A stretch of 64,000 bases of DNA from Neoechinorhynchus agilis (taxonomy: Eukaryota; Animalia; Acanthocephala), in assembly GCA_051530055.1 (NCBI GenBank), contig CM121342.1, positions 16,011,480-16,075,479 on the forward strand, given 5' to 3'. The stretch's first letter is position 1; every line of letters begins with the position of its first letter. Position numbers and translations under genes: made by a program. Positions 12,873 to 25,639 of this stretch are shown here, piece by piece. The notes beneath the pieces were generated by a model, which saw only the letters and a program-made list of their open reading frames with translations, was not told where the DNA came from and ran no database searches.

Positions 12873-14338
12873 TGAAGTTAACAAAAACTAAGAGCTTTAT
12901 TGAATTCTTTTTGACCGAAATGCTTGTGGTGGATTACGTGGGGTTTTTCATCAGGTTCATCACAAATCTGGACTTAATATTTCAAGACAAAAAATATTGT
13001 GAAAACCAATTCCAGATCGGATTTTAATTTGATTTTGTATCCTTTCCATTGTACCAAATGCAATCCGGATCTCAAAAATCAATCGATCGTTAAAACGGTT
13101 TTTTTGTTGATGAGGAAGTGTTAAAATTGTGCATTTATATTTTATTTATTTATAGGTCCCCATCGTTTTTTCATAAACACTCTCTTAAAAATCCTACTCG
13201 AAAAGAGATTTAAAGGAACGCTGAAAGCATTTAATTTGGTAGGAGAAAATTAAAGAAAAGTGCTGCTTTGGAGGAAACCTTGTAGTTGATTAAAAACATT
13301 CCAAATTTTAACTGGAAATTTATAGCCTGATTTAAATTTAAATGGCTGCCTCCATGCAAAATTGAATTTTATTCAATGTTTTTTGTGACCGCATGATCCG
13401 TATTTTTGATCTATTTCGTCCAATAATTAATAGGATCCATTAAGTTTATTTTGCAGAGATTAAACTGATGAATAATTACTTCGCTAAGATGGATTGTGAC
13501 ATCTTGATGTTATTATGGCACCACTCAATTGTCTTTTTTTTAGAATTTTATACCTATCGAACGTATCGCCATTGTACTCACAAGACGAATTACGTATTTT
13601 CAAGTCCAACAGTTAAGAAACTGCTTACGTTTTGTACTCGTTTAGTCGTTTATTTTTCAAAAACATGACAGTGAAACCAAAAACGTCTTCAGTGCCTACC
13701 ATCGTCACGTCGTAGATCTGCGCGCGTTCAATCCAAACGTCGAAATGTCCAAAATATGGCACATATTGCTCGTTTTAGACTCGAAAACGACCCTGCTTAT
13801 TCGTTACCTTTCCCGAAAACTGTTAATTTGTTCAATCCACATGAAAGTTTGTGGCATTCGATAGCTTATTGTCTTAGTTTGCCTAATTTCGACTTCGACG
13901 AACGCTTACTGTTGTGACCGTTCAATAACCTTTCTTAAAAGTAGACCCAGCGATTGATCGTAAAATACTCACTCTTTCTTGTTTTTACGCGGAAACCCCG
14001 GCTTTTATTCGTGACATTTGAATTTAAACAATGTAAAATCGCAAAGTTGATCCAAGTGTGAAAAACGCTTTGTTTTCTCACTTTTCGTCATTTTCGTCCC
14101 CTTGTAGGCGTGCCGACGTTGTTCTTTTCCAACTTTTTGCTTGAGACATTCCTTGCCATCATAAGCCAGTTTCGCCGTCTCACTCGTCTAAGCGGCAACT
14201 TTTGGATTGTAACATTGTGAAAAAAATTGCGTATGATTCACTCTAAAGTCACGTACAATCATTGCTGCTGATTTTCTCATCGGAGAACCCTATTTTCTCC
14301 GGTGCTATCCGTGGCTTATAGATACACTTTAAAGAGAC

Positions 14339-15557
14339 ATGAACGCTGTCCATAATGTTCTCGATGCAATATATTCTGACCCATTGGAGACTGAGATTGG
14401 CCAAGCAATACGTGAGTACATATTATCCTTTTGGTTATTGTGTCTTGGAACACTCAAATGTTCAGTTAATGCAACGGATTCTTCGATAACCGAGGAAGAT
14501 TGGACACAAATCATGCACGTTTGTGAGCTAGTGAATTCGTTACAGGATGGGTGAGTTGCGCGATTTCATTTTTATTTCACTTTCGGATCTTACAGTCCAT
14601 CTCTCGCAATCCGAACGATCACACGACGTTTAAGTCCCGAATCAAGACCTTCAAACACCCATCAACTTCTTCTTACGATGTCCGTCTTAGAAGCACTAGT
14701 GAAGAATTGCGGACGACGATTTCACCGCCAACTTACTTGGCGTCCCTTCATTCGATCGGTTCGATCTGCATTTGAGCCCGAAACGACCGCAGTGCCTGTG
14801 ATCGTTCAAGATGGTCTCAAATCAATGCTCCAATCATGGGCGATTGTGTTCCAAAATGAGCCAGATCTCCGTCCCTTGTGTGACCTCTATACAGACCTTA
14901 AACAACGAATCGAGTTTCCTCCCGAAGATCTGGTTTCGTCACCAATCTCAACAAATCCCACTCAGGATTGCGGAGCGAGTACCAAGGATACACCGGAAAC
15001 ATTTGGATCAACCACCCTAAATGTGATTTCGTCACTTCGACAGCGAGCTTCAAATGCTTTTTCGTCCATGGCATCATCTTCAGACACTAATTCTCAAATG
15101 AACCAAGTAACTACACGCCTACGGTTTAACAAAATTCGTTCGGAATTGAGCATTGTCGGTTGTCCATAATCTCGGTATCGGAGCAAGAGAGTGCTACCGA
15201 GTTTATGGACATGTAGATGAACATGTTAGGATTTTGAACGAAATGGTTAGCATTGTGACAGACGCGGAATACATTTCAGACGAAGATAAACTCATTATGT
15301 ATAAGCTCTGGGTAACTATTAAACAAATGCACCACAGAATAGTCGTGTTGGTTGGTTATATAGACGATCCTGATATGGTCGCTCTTCTATTGGCTCATCT
15401 GGATAATATAAATGCAACAATTTTCTCATATAGTGCACTGGACTCAAGAGTGAAGTACAAAGAAGATGAAAGCTTGACTACTTCGAAGGAGGAATCCACA
15501 AAAACAAAAGAGGAGGCTACTGAGAAAGAGGAAGACGATTTGATGCTTACAGAATAA
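14339..15557 (+). CDS. TOM1-like VHS plus GAT domain protein
   Basis: Four exons with GT-AG introns. VHS domain: ATDSSITEEDWTQIMHVCE...LEALVKNCGRRFH. GAT domain: KIRSELSIVDEHVRILNEM. Confidence 0.88.
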
Positions 15558-16468
15558 TCTACATGGAAGTTTAAAATTAGTATTAATTCAGATATTTGTC
15601 CTAATTTAAATATTTTGTCTTTGCCTTTATCCGAGAAATTCGCGCAAAAGATACCGGGAAATGTTAATTATTTAATATACAGAAGACGACAGCGAAGAGC
15701 GCTCCATTGATCAGTTGGTGGCATGCAAACTGTTTTGGTTACGTGTATTCTTTAAATTGATCAAAATCTGTGTTAAAAATTAGAATAGCTTTGAGTAGTT
15801 CTATTTTATTATCACGTCGAAGAAATCATTGTAATGAGTTACAAAGTAGAGGTAGAGCAGTTTCATTCTCCAAATGATAGCGAAGCTTCATTTTAACGAC
15901 CATTCTATTTCTGAACTGTGAAACCTTTAATCAGATCATGAATATTCTTCAAACTTTAAGCCATAACAGTCTGCATCGGAATACCCTGACTGGAATCATT
16001 TCAGTTCTATTTAATGCTCTTGATTGCGTCTCAGAAGCATTTGCCAGAAAAAGGATTCTATACTTTTGACCTTTCAGTCATGACCTTTTTATACTCACAA
16101 TTAACAATTTCGTGAAAGTGAAAACATTGAGGTCAAACGCGTTCTCTAAGTCATGCAACATTTAGAAGATTGTTGAACTCTATATCGAGCGAATGAGTCC
16201 TGAGAACGATGATAAATCTGACCATTAACATTTTGTTGGCATTTGTTAAAAACAAACTCAGATTCCGGGAATGACAATTCTTTACATGCCGAGCAAAGAC
16301 ATGGTAATTCTTCCAATCGATATGCTCCATTTTCGCTAAATGCATGTTCTAACATAAAACCTTGGAACTGAGATCGCCAAAGCAAAGGTTCTAAAATGAT
16401 TGAAATGTTTCCGTAACGTGCTACTTTCGAACCTCCATTAACTCACATATTTAAAAACTTATAAGCAA

Positions 16469-16504
16469 CCTTGATAAAGGTACAGGATTGTGCCGAAATA
16501 TCGG
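16469..16504 (+). ncRNA. Minimal hammerhead ribozyme with U3-A8 core in a solo PLE pLTR remnant (about 16466-16550)
   Basis: CC-UUGAUAA-A-GGUAC-aggauu-GUGCC-GAAA-UAUC^GG. The downstream sequence matches 2500-2540 and, partly, 63020-63070. Confidence 0.65.
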
Positions 16505-16922
16505 ATTTTAAAATAAAATCATTTTAATTTCTTCGCGCCAGAAAACAACCAACAACCGAATTCAGAAAATTTACTTTGACGGTGTCGGTTCCAAAGTTTT
16601 ACATTAGAACTTTCCCATTTGCTAGCTTTACGGAGTTCATTAAAGTGGAACATCAAAAACTACATCTCGATTTCGTATGCCTTAAAAAACTGTTTTCTCG
16701 TTTTGCGATTAAAAGATTTCGTAATCGCAAAACTAAGAATCATAACAAGCAATCCTACCAAATTTTGCTAGACTTTAGTGTCTCGCGTTAATCATCGTTA
16801 ACGCATTTTAGAAAGAAAGTCAACCTTAAATACGTGGGTAAGCGTGAACACCGTTAATGAATCACGATTTTGGCTCTTAAATTGAACATACAATAACACC
16901 TTCTAGAGATTTAGCAATTAAA

Positions 16923-18780
16923 ATGGAATCTAGCAACATTGAGTTCATCCTAGAACAAATGTCGACCATTAACTTGATTCTCACAAAGACGAGTGTTTGG
17001 CAGACGCTCATGTTTTTCCTCAACACCTCATTTCTCGCGATAGGATCCGCCAATGTTCTTGTCGATTATTTTGTTACGAGTAACAACTACACTTGCAGAG
17101 TTCCTCAATACATTTCGCTCTTAGATGCTATCCCAGTTAGAGAAGATGGACAATTTGAAAAGTGTTTGATGTATGCTAACTTCACTTCTTTGTCTAATGA
17201 AACCGTCCCTTGCACAAACGGGCATTCTCATGCTCTACCTGTGGAAGAGTCGATCGTTGCTACATTTAGACTTTATTGCGACCGAGAATACCTGAAGAAT
17301 ATTCCACAATCGGCATTCTTTGGCGGTGCCACTGTTGGAGCGCTGTTGGTAGCGATAGTTGGCGACAAATACGGGAAAAAACCACTTGCGTTGTCCGGTT
17401 GTTGGATGAGCATTGTTTTTGGAGTTGGATGTGCTCTTTCCAACAGCATTTCGATTGAAGTGAATCCGTTTTGGGTGCTTTAGGTGCTCATATCATTAGG
17501 ATGCCCATAATAGCCGGCGAGGAAATCATGTTTGTTGAACGAGCATGACTACAGATTACATATTGAGAATTTTACGATTAGAAACAAATAGTAAAATCAT
17601 CGATTCACTACCCGAAATAAAAGCACATTTTAATGATACCCCAATGTCTGAGATCGTGAAAGAGAACTTCAATAGTTCGAAAAATTCATTGTAAATGCGA
17701 ATTCACTTCATTTACGTGCTCGTCTTCTTCCGATTTATGTCCGGTATGTCCTACCAAATTTATGGACTCACAAGTTACATCCTGATGATAGAACTTTTTC
17801 CTGCAAAGTATCGAGGCGTTCCTTGTGTTTTGGACAACCTGATTTGGATCACAGGAATGCTCCTGCTCTGCCTATCAGCTTATTTTGTCAGAAAATGGCG
17901 TTACCTTTTTCTTACAGTTTGTATGCCGTCCATACTTACCATTTCTTATTATTGGCTGATGGACGAAAGCGTCTTCTGGCTTGCTACTAAAAATAGACAC
18001 GAAGATGTGAACATAATTCTGGCCAAAGCATACAGACTGAATTCCACGGCTAAGGAAAATCAAATATTATATAATGTCGAATTGCAAGAATCGAACGAGA
18101 AAAAATGGTATGAAGGATTACTTAAAAATCTTAAAGCAATTTTCGCTTCAGTGACCTTCCTTTATGCGCTCGCGTGCGGATGTGGATTAATCTCACTCGC
18201 TTCAACCTTCTATCTAGGATCGACTTTCGCATCGTCAAGTTTTTCAACAAACATCTACCTGGACTTTTTCATCAGTACCTTAGTTGAAGTACCAATAATT
18301 TTCGTGGGATCTCTCGCAATGAGATACTTGAGACGAAAGACGGCTATCATATCTAGTCTGTACCTCGTAGCCCTCGTTGCAATGCCATTTGCTCTAATTC
18401 CTACAAAGCGCAATAATGTTCTGCGGGTTCTGAACCATGTTTATAAAGCGGTCGCTACGTTGTACAGCAATTTCGCTTATTCCTACGTTAGTGAGATTTA
18501 TCCTACGAAGTACAGACAGTTTGGAATGGGCATAACGGTGATCGTCTCCCAATTGCATTCGACAATTAGTCCCTTTATTAGAGACTGGGTAAAGTCCGAT
18601 CGATTGGTCACCATGGTGGTTTTTGGATCATTGGCGGTATTGGCAACTTTGGCTATAGTATTCTTGCCCGAAACTAAAAATAGGACAATGATTGATATAA
18701 AAGACATGATGGGACCATGCAAGTGCGCCAAGTCGACTTTTCAAAAGAAAATGGATGATCCATCACTTGCTATAGATTAA
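16923..18780 (+). CDS. SLC22 organic cation/anion transporter family
   Basis: Cys-containing first loop, ATFRLYCDREYL, VGDKYGKKP, IELFPAKYRG, ESVFWL, EIYPTKYRQFG and LPETK. The two halves are separated by a 262 nt atypical insert. Confidence 0.92.
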
Positions 18781-19029
18781 ATAAACACTGCTTAGTTCTT
18801 GGCTCGCTTGACTGAAATCTTTAATCACGGTAAAGGAAATCGATTGGCGGACCATAATCGATGACAAGCCAAAACATAACGTTTGCCAAATATAGAAAAG
18901 GATCATAGATTGCATTTATTGTTTTATTTAATTCCTAATTTTTTGACAGAACTTCATAGATTTATTAATTTACAACGATTACAATTTATTCCTGTGAACT
19001 TCTTGACGTTGCCAGTATACTGGCAGCGT

Positions 19030-19990
19030 TCCCTCGCTGTATCGCAGTTGCGATTCGTTGAGCGTTGAAATTTCTAGAGCGCGGTTACCCCGTCATCCTT
19101 TTCGTCCTTCGTCCCAATTCGTCGAGGAGAGTGAGCGCTAACGGTCCCAAGGCTCCATACGTTTCCACGACGAAAGGGACGAAATAATAGGTCCTTAAAA
19201 GCTCTCTGTATTTTGTACGTTTTCGGACCTCAGCTACGACCGCTGAACCTCCACGGCTCTTTTTTGAAAACTGAAAATTACTGGGGGCAAGCGTGTCCAC
19301 GCAAGTCGCATCCCATAAAAGCGGTTTTCCCTCCCGCCATGGAAAAACCGTGACACCGTCAGGTCGCTTGCTGTCTAGGCGGCACAAGTTACTTGGCTCT
19401 GAAATATTGGGCACGTGGACGGAATCTAGGGCTCTACTCAAAATTGAGTTCAATTCTGAGTGTCTTGGAAACCTCCCTCTGGACATTTTACAACAGAGGC
19501 CGTGTCTGTCATTGGCTTCAACTATAGATCCGCAGCGACAGCGATGCGGGATACAAATATCCTGGCCCAATCTTAAAGAAACTGCGACCCTTAACGTAGA
19601 ATCCTCTAGAAGAGTTCCGATTGGCGGGGAGAGCATTTAGCCAGGCTCCCAATTCCTTTGTAGAACACGCCGCAAGACGAACTTGGGATACCTCGTCGAG
19701 AAGATCATTAAAGGATTTGTGAATCTTCTTTATGAGGGGAAGGTCCCAGGCCGACTGCTTGTGGTCATTTTCCGGAAGGTGCGGTATCTGTGTCCGGGAT
19801 TGCCAGATCGACAAACCGTCCAAATAATTTTGGGAGTTTTTGTCTCATGTTGGAAAGGGCTTCCGCGTACGTTTTGCTGGCTCGGTAAGAGGCGAGGAAC
19901 GCTGGAAGGGCTAAATCAGACACTGCGCGGATGCCGAGGCCGCCAAAAGAGGTTGGGAACGTAGCCTGCCGCCAGCCCGTATCCGTAATG
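19030..19990 (-). mobile_element. CRE-like non-LTR retrotransposon 3' part (zinc finger plus restriction-like endonuclease)
   Basis: GAWLNALP; VAVSLRLG..ICIPHRCRCG...HGLCC...RHSELN...RPDGVTVFPWREGKPLLWDATCVDTLA...FVPFVVETYG. Confidence 0.88.
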
Positions 19991-20599
19991 TTAATATTTA
20001 AAATTTTCTTTAAAAAAGAGCGTAAAACACCTATCGAAGAGAGACAAATTCAGATAAAATATTAGTTCGTCGATGATTGCATTCGGATGGTTAGATATGC
20101 TATTATTTTGGTCAATCCTCGACATCCAAGCGGGATCATTAAAGACAAATGAGTATTTCGAGTGATTGAATCAATCATTATCAATTCAAATCTAAAACAT
20201 AAGCACGTAAGTTCACCAACACACCAAATAATTGTTCGTTTGACTTGGGAATCCAGGATCGTCATCTTTGTAGGTTGCCTCCCTGAGTGCATTGAGACCA
20301 ACTAAAGATAATTGAATGGAAACGTTTGCTTTTTTCCTTAAATCGTGTTGGCCATTTCAATGTTTTTCGATTATTTTATCAGTCGATATAATTTTCTCTC
20401 ATCCTTGCCGAGGACTGGTCTTTTCGACCCAATTGAGTGTGTGGTTCGATGTAGAGGGTTAGCAATCGCTGAAATCGCATCACCACATCGTAATGTGTTA
20501 TTGTGTCAAAAGAGACTGGTTTCTTTTAACAGTTCATTGTTCCACCTACGAAGACCACCTCGCAGTCGTTGCCGGGGATGCGGTATAATAATAACACGT

Positions 20600-21065
20600 T
20601 TTATTTGTTAATGCACAAAGAAGAAGACCCATGTACCTTTGGGTCTTCGTAAACACTCGAGTTCTGATTGGATAAATGAATCTGACTATTGATTTTGGAA
20701 TGGATTACGAGTCCGGGCGGGCGGGAATATCCAGTCGGGTTGGAAGGTCCGTTCTTATGGGAATTAGCGGATATTGTTTGCATGAATGCTTGTAAGGTTG
20801 GTCTTTCCCTGATTAATTTCAAGTTATGATATGCGAGAAGATTGCGCAGCATGGAAAAAGGAGCGTAGATATAGGGGGTGCGAGATTAAGGGGAGAAAAG
20901 TGGGCGATATGTGGTAGAAATTGTGGTGGAAGGGTTGATAGGCGTTTTGTTTGTTTTACGAAAATAGTATCAGGGCATTCGGTGAGAGGGGGGAAATCAG
21001 TTGCGCAAATTTTAGATGCTCTTTTATGAAACATTTCAAAACGACGGATTTCAGATTTGGACAGA
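20600..21065 (-). mobile_element. L2/CR1-like non-LTR 3' fragment (family A)
   Basis: FHKRASKICATDFPPLTEC...RLSTLPPQF. Its 3' part is nearly identical, in inverted orientation, to 24120-24380. Confidence 0.75.
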
Positions 21066-21069
21066 ACTA

Positions 21070-21920
21070 GTACTTTTCCGAGGGTTTCCTTTAAAGATTA
21101 CCGTAATAGGCGTGGTCCTCTTGTGATATAGGCCAACGAGGTACTTTGAATTTCCAAATGTCCTGCGTAAAGGATTGTGGCAAAAATCATCAAACTGAAT
21201 TCAGCTCCGATGAATGAAACTGCTGCGTTTTTGATCGGTCAGTCAGGTGGGGTATACCATTCTTTATTATGAGACTGTCGTATCGCCCAATTTAGATAGT
21301 CCTTTCTTCTAAACATGTTACTGATATTATCTATCTTACGGTTTCTCTCATGATCAATATTGCAGACTTCGGAAGCTTTCCGGAATAAAGACTGTGCTGC
21401 GCTTTTTTTAAAGGCTAGAGGCGACCTATTTTTCCACGATGTGCCTGCTAACATTCCAGGTTTCCGCTATATGGAAGTTCTTACTTGACGAGCTGTTCTC
21501 TTCACACAAACGTCGAGGAAATTTGCCGTGTTATTATTGTCTTCGCAAGAGATCGACACGGGTTCCCGAGTCAAGCGAAGGAGAGTTCTGCCATGGGGAG
21601 ATGTACGGACGTAGCTGTGAACAATGGCGAGCAGTGACATTGATGTGAGTGTTCGTGTGGGGACGAGACGGATTAAATCAGTCGAAATATACATTCGACT
21701 TTAATGATCCCTCTCGGATGTCGATGGCAGACCAAAATAATAACATAAAAATATTAATGGTGAATTGTTACACACTCGAGCTTTATTATTGAAGTCTTCA
21801 TTTGAGAAGGAGGCTGAAGCCTTGAAAATTCGCAATGAAGATTTCAATAGTATTGCTCGAGTGTGTAACAATTCGCCATTGAGAATACACATCCACTCGA
21901 AGGAACAATTGGATAGAATA
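21070..21920 (-). mobile_element. Penelope-like RT fragment with foldback at its 5' side
   Basis: ANFLDVCVKR...TSI*RKP...KKSAAQSLFRKASEVC...NMFRRKDY matches the PLE RT C-terminal region. Confidence 0.65.
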
Positions 21921-22056
21921 AAAATATTAGTGTTTAAAATCCAAAATTTCCATTGTAGAACATTTAATTACGTTTCTTTATGTAGTAGCTAAAGTATTAA
22001 AACCCCAGCATTCGGGTAATTATTAAATCAATATATAAACGATTTGTCTTTTAATT

Positions 22057-23670
22057 CTAGCGAATAATTGTCGTGTTTTCGGTATCGGAAACGTAATTTA
22101 ATTGTCCATAATAATGAGTGGGTTGCACTATAACAGGTTGAAAGGCGAACACCACCATGTCCCTTGGCTCGAAGTACTGCTTTAAATCTTGGTTTGGGTG
22201 CTGATCAAACATCAACGGCAAATATTCATCGACCGGAATAAGTTTAGACAGGGGCTTTTGATCAAGAAGCTTTCTAATTCCACGTCGACTCAACAAATAA
22301 GCCACTGTCCAATGGGAGTAATGCGGATGAACAAGTGTATTGACTTCCTTCAGGAATTTTTCATTAGAATCCATTATCTTGCGTCCAAGATATATCATGT
22401 CCCATTTAATACCGAGTAACTCGAGTGATCGGAGAGTGTGCGAGAGATGATAGGGAAACAGAAATTCAAACCGAGCGTCGTCTTCCAAAACCATTATCGT
22501 CGCGTATTTGTTCTCTTCGGCGTTCTCCCATATTCGATAGTGACTAAGAAAGCAAGCAACTTCTCCCATATTGACCGGTCGTCTGTTGTATGGATCAACA
22601 AACGTTTTAACCACACTAATTCCTTGAGCGTCAAGGTCTTGTTGCTTCAGTTTAATACCGTCAGTTGCCGAAACGAATTCGGCAGGAAGGCCATACAAAT
22701 CAAGAGTTTCTTTTGTACGATTTCTACGGTCGGGTCTTCGATCCAAATTTATAACATACGACTTAGAAATGTTCTCATAATGATTCTTGAGAGGTCTTAA
22801 CTGTTTAAGTTCATCAACAGCTGAAGGCAGTGGAATATAGGAAAGATTTGGCCCCGTTAGTTGGTACTCGCTTAAAAGATGATCGAATCCATCGCAGAAT
22901 AGGTCCGGATTTTGCTCATAAAGACTTGAATACCTAACCATGTATCCATGAAGCACTCGGTTGCAAACGTAAACATCATTGTGACCCAAGATGGAAGCGC
23001 CGAATTGTTTTTGATGTAACGATTGAACATAGCTTAGGTTTAAGAAATACGGAGTTGAAATAGAAGGAACCAGAAAGCATCCAAGTCGATACTGATCGAG
23101 CAGCTGATCGTAAAGCCTTATATGCTCGTAATTATTAAAATTCATATCGTGAGTTGCAAAATTGGCTGTGATTGCTGGTGGAATTGATCTGAATAAAGGT
23201 GCCATAATGGGCTTCTGTTTCAAAACGGATTCACGAATAATATTCCGATTTAGTATCAAAACGTTTGGTTGGAACGCCAATAGGTATTGGAAACCCTTTT
23301 CGATAGCAAATGTGACTGAAAATGGATCGGATAAACATTTGTGTGAGATTGAGATATTTTTGTGTTTTCCAGTGACTTTCTTTATATTGACGGGTATCTC
23401 TCAGCGCCAACCAGAAAGATGCCGCCCATTAAGATCTATTGATGATGAGTTTATGATTCCAGTGAAGCACAACCGTATAGAGCACTTGTGAGGGCATTCA
23501 ATGTCCAGCAGAGATTTGAAGAAGAACGGCAGTGTACAAGTTGTATGATTGGTTATGTGAACACTAATCAGTACTGAATATGGATAATTAATAACATCGT
23601 TCACATCCCTGAATTTCACATGATTAGCCGCATCAGCATGAAGTATTAATGGAAGCCAGAAGAGGAACAT
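22057..23670 (-). CDS. Procollagen galactosyltransferase / GT25 family (COLGALT/CERCAM-like)
   Basis: Signal peptide MFLFWLPLILHADA, TLPFFFKSL, YVINLDRRPDRR, GEVACFLSHYRIW, VLEDDARF, WDMIYLGRK, PVDEYLP, YVSDTE. A 96 nt GT-AG intron at 23316-23411 removes the in-frame TGA. Confidence 0.9.
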
Positions 23671-24119
23671 AGTCGGAAGCAAAATGCTGCGATGGCGGCG
23701 AAGTGTGCTACCTACGTTTTGCTGCCAAAGATTATTAGACGCTCTGTATTCGTCGACATGCAGAATGTGTCGTGGTTCTTCCAATATGAAGACCATATAC
23801 AAAATGAATCTTCAAAATATCAAGAGTGACTGCATAATAATAACACGTTGATTTGTTTGTTACATAACAAGAATAAAAAACTTTTATTTGTAGAACATAA
23901 AAAAGTACAAAACGTGCAATCACGACCGTCCGCAAAATCTTAGCTTCTCTCCTTCCCCGGCTGTCGCTATCACGCTAGCAGCATTGCCTCGTTGTACTGC
24001 AAGCGAGATATTTTGTCGAAGGAATACACCTGCTCGTGCGACTTAATTTTGGGTTCTCATTGTGGCATTGTTTTTGATGAAGATAGGGTAATCGTTATTT
24101 GAGAGATAAATAATTTCCA

Positions 24120-24380
24120 TGCTGCGCAATCTTCTCGCATATCATAACTTGAAATGAATCAGGGAAAGACCAACCTTACAAGCATTCATGCAAACAATAT
24201 CCGCTACTTCCCATAAGAACGGACCTTCCAACCCGACTGGATATTCCCACCCGCCCGGACTCGTAATCCATTCCAAAATCAATAGTCAGATTCATTTATC
24301 CAATCAGAACTCGAGTGTTTACGAAGACCCAAAGGTACATGGGTCTTCTTCTTTGTGCATTAACAAATAAAACGTGTTAT
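24120..24380 (+). mobile_element. L2/CR1-like 3' fragment (family A)
   Basis: Nearly identical to the reverse complement of 20600-20850. Confidence 0.75.
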
Positions 24381-24632
24381 TATTACTCTTCGAACTTCGC
24401 CGAGTCCATCATAAGTTTGTTAAGGTTCGAAGCGTCTCCATCAAAATCGTTTTCAACCTTGCGAAGATCTGAATAAGAACAATTTTTAAAATAAGCAGTA
24501 GACACCAATACCAGGAAAATAACGCCTTCGATCACTAGATTTCCGATATCGCTTAAAGCGCACTGATCATGACGTCACTTTTATACGAGAAAGAAATTCA
24601 GACAACTGACGATACTTTGTGTTGGTTCGTCG

Positions 24633-25388
24633 TTGATGTCATTCAAGACGGTCTCTTATTTCTATAGTAAAGGAGTTCCAGAACAACCTCTCCGGTTATT
24701 TTACAAGCCTCATCGAATTCAGAGGGATAAGAAGAATCGGAACGCTTTATTTTTGCCCGATATTTTGCCTTTTTTTAATGATAGTCTTCTAAGAAAGATC
24801 TTTTGCAAACTCGGACGTATCACTGAAGTGTTTATTCACTACAGTCCTAAGATCGAGTATTGGGAACGCATTCAATTGGGCTATGGAGATCATCCATTTG
24901 GCGGGAAAAGATTTGCTTACATACAATTCCATGAAAGCGTTGATGTGGACAGCGCGTTTCGGAGCAATGAGTTCCGGGAACCGTTAATTTTGAAGGACTT
25001 ATATCCTGAATTGAAGACAGGATATTCGCTTTGGGTTCTTTATCAGGAACACCAGCAACTGAATTCTGATAAAGTCTTAAAAAAGGCCCAAGAAGTGTTG
25101 AGGCAATATGATATTCGGAAAATGAATGAAAAGGAAAAAGCGAAGGAAATCGACGTAGATGAAGATGGATTTATTTTGGTTAAGTCTAAAAGCTTCACTG
25201 GAAGCAATCGAACAGGGCGACGGAAGCGCTCAAAGAAAAAGACAAAAGACCATGCCGGTATGTACAGATTTAAGCTGCGCGAAAGTAAAATGGAAAAGAT
25301 TTCTGAGCTCAGAAAACGATTCGAGGAGAATAGGAGACGAGTGGCAGAAATGAAAGCAAATAGGAGCTTTAATCCTTTTAAAAGCTAA
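24633..25388 (+). CDS. RRP7A: Ribosomal RNA-processing protein 7 homolog A
   Basis: Intronless. RRM-like N-terminus and the Rrp7 C-terminus DEDGFILV...MYRFKLRESKMEKISELRKRFEENRRRVAEMKANRSFNPF. Confidence 0.92.
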   Translation: MMSFKTVSYFYSKGVPEQPLRLFYKPHRIQRDKKNRNALFLPDILPFFNDSLLRKIFCKLGRITEVFIHYSPKIEYWERIQLGYGDHPFGGKRFAYIQFHESVDVDSAFRSNEFREPLILKDLYPELKTGYSLWVLYQEHQQLNSDKVLKKAQEVLRQYDIRKMNEKEKAKEIDVDEDGFILVKSKSFTGSNRTGRRKRSKKKTKDHAGMYRFKLRESKMEKISELRKRFEENRRRVAEMKANRSFNPFKS

Positions 25389-25639
25389 ATTGTTTGATTT
25401 CTCTTAAAATCCGTTTTTTCTCCATGCGTTTGGTAGATTCGGCCGTCGCTTTACGACTTCCATAAAGCTGGATTCTTGTTAGGGAGCATCAATTTGTACT
25501 TAACTTTTACAAATATTTAATCTTATTTGATAATTCATTGTTTGTGGTGTACAGAAAACGCGAACGGCTTAAAGTTGTTCATTTCCCCTTTTTCCAATTG
25601 TATACCTTTAAAAGTTAAATGTAAAAAAGGAATGTCGTT

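Noticed and set aside
23401-23403. In-frame TGA between two same-frame COLGALT ORFs, suggesting readthrough or selenocysteine
   Set aside because: A 96 nt GT..TTTTCAG intron (23316-23411) removes it and gives RHLSVTFAIEKGFQY, which aligns exactly with RQAALKSARDMWADY.
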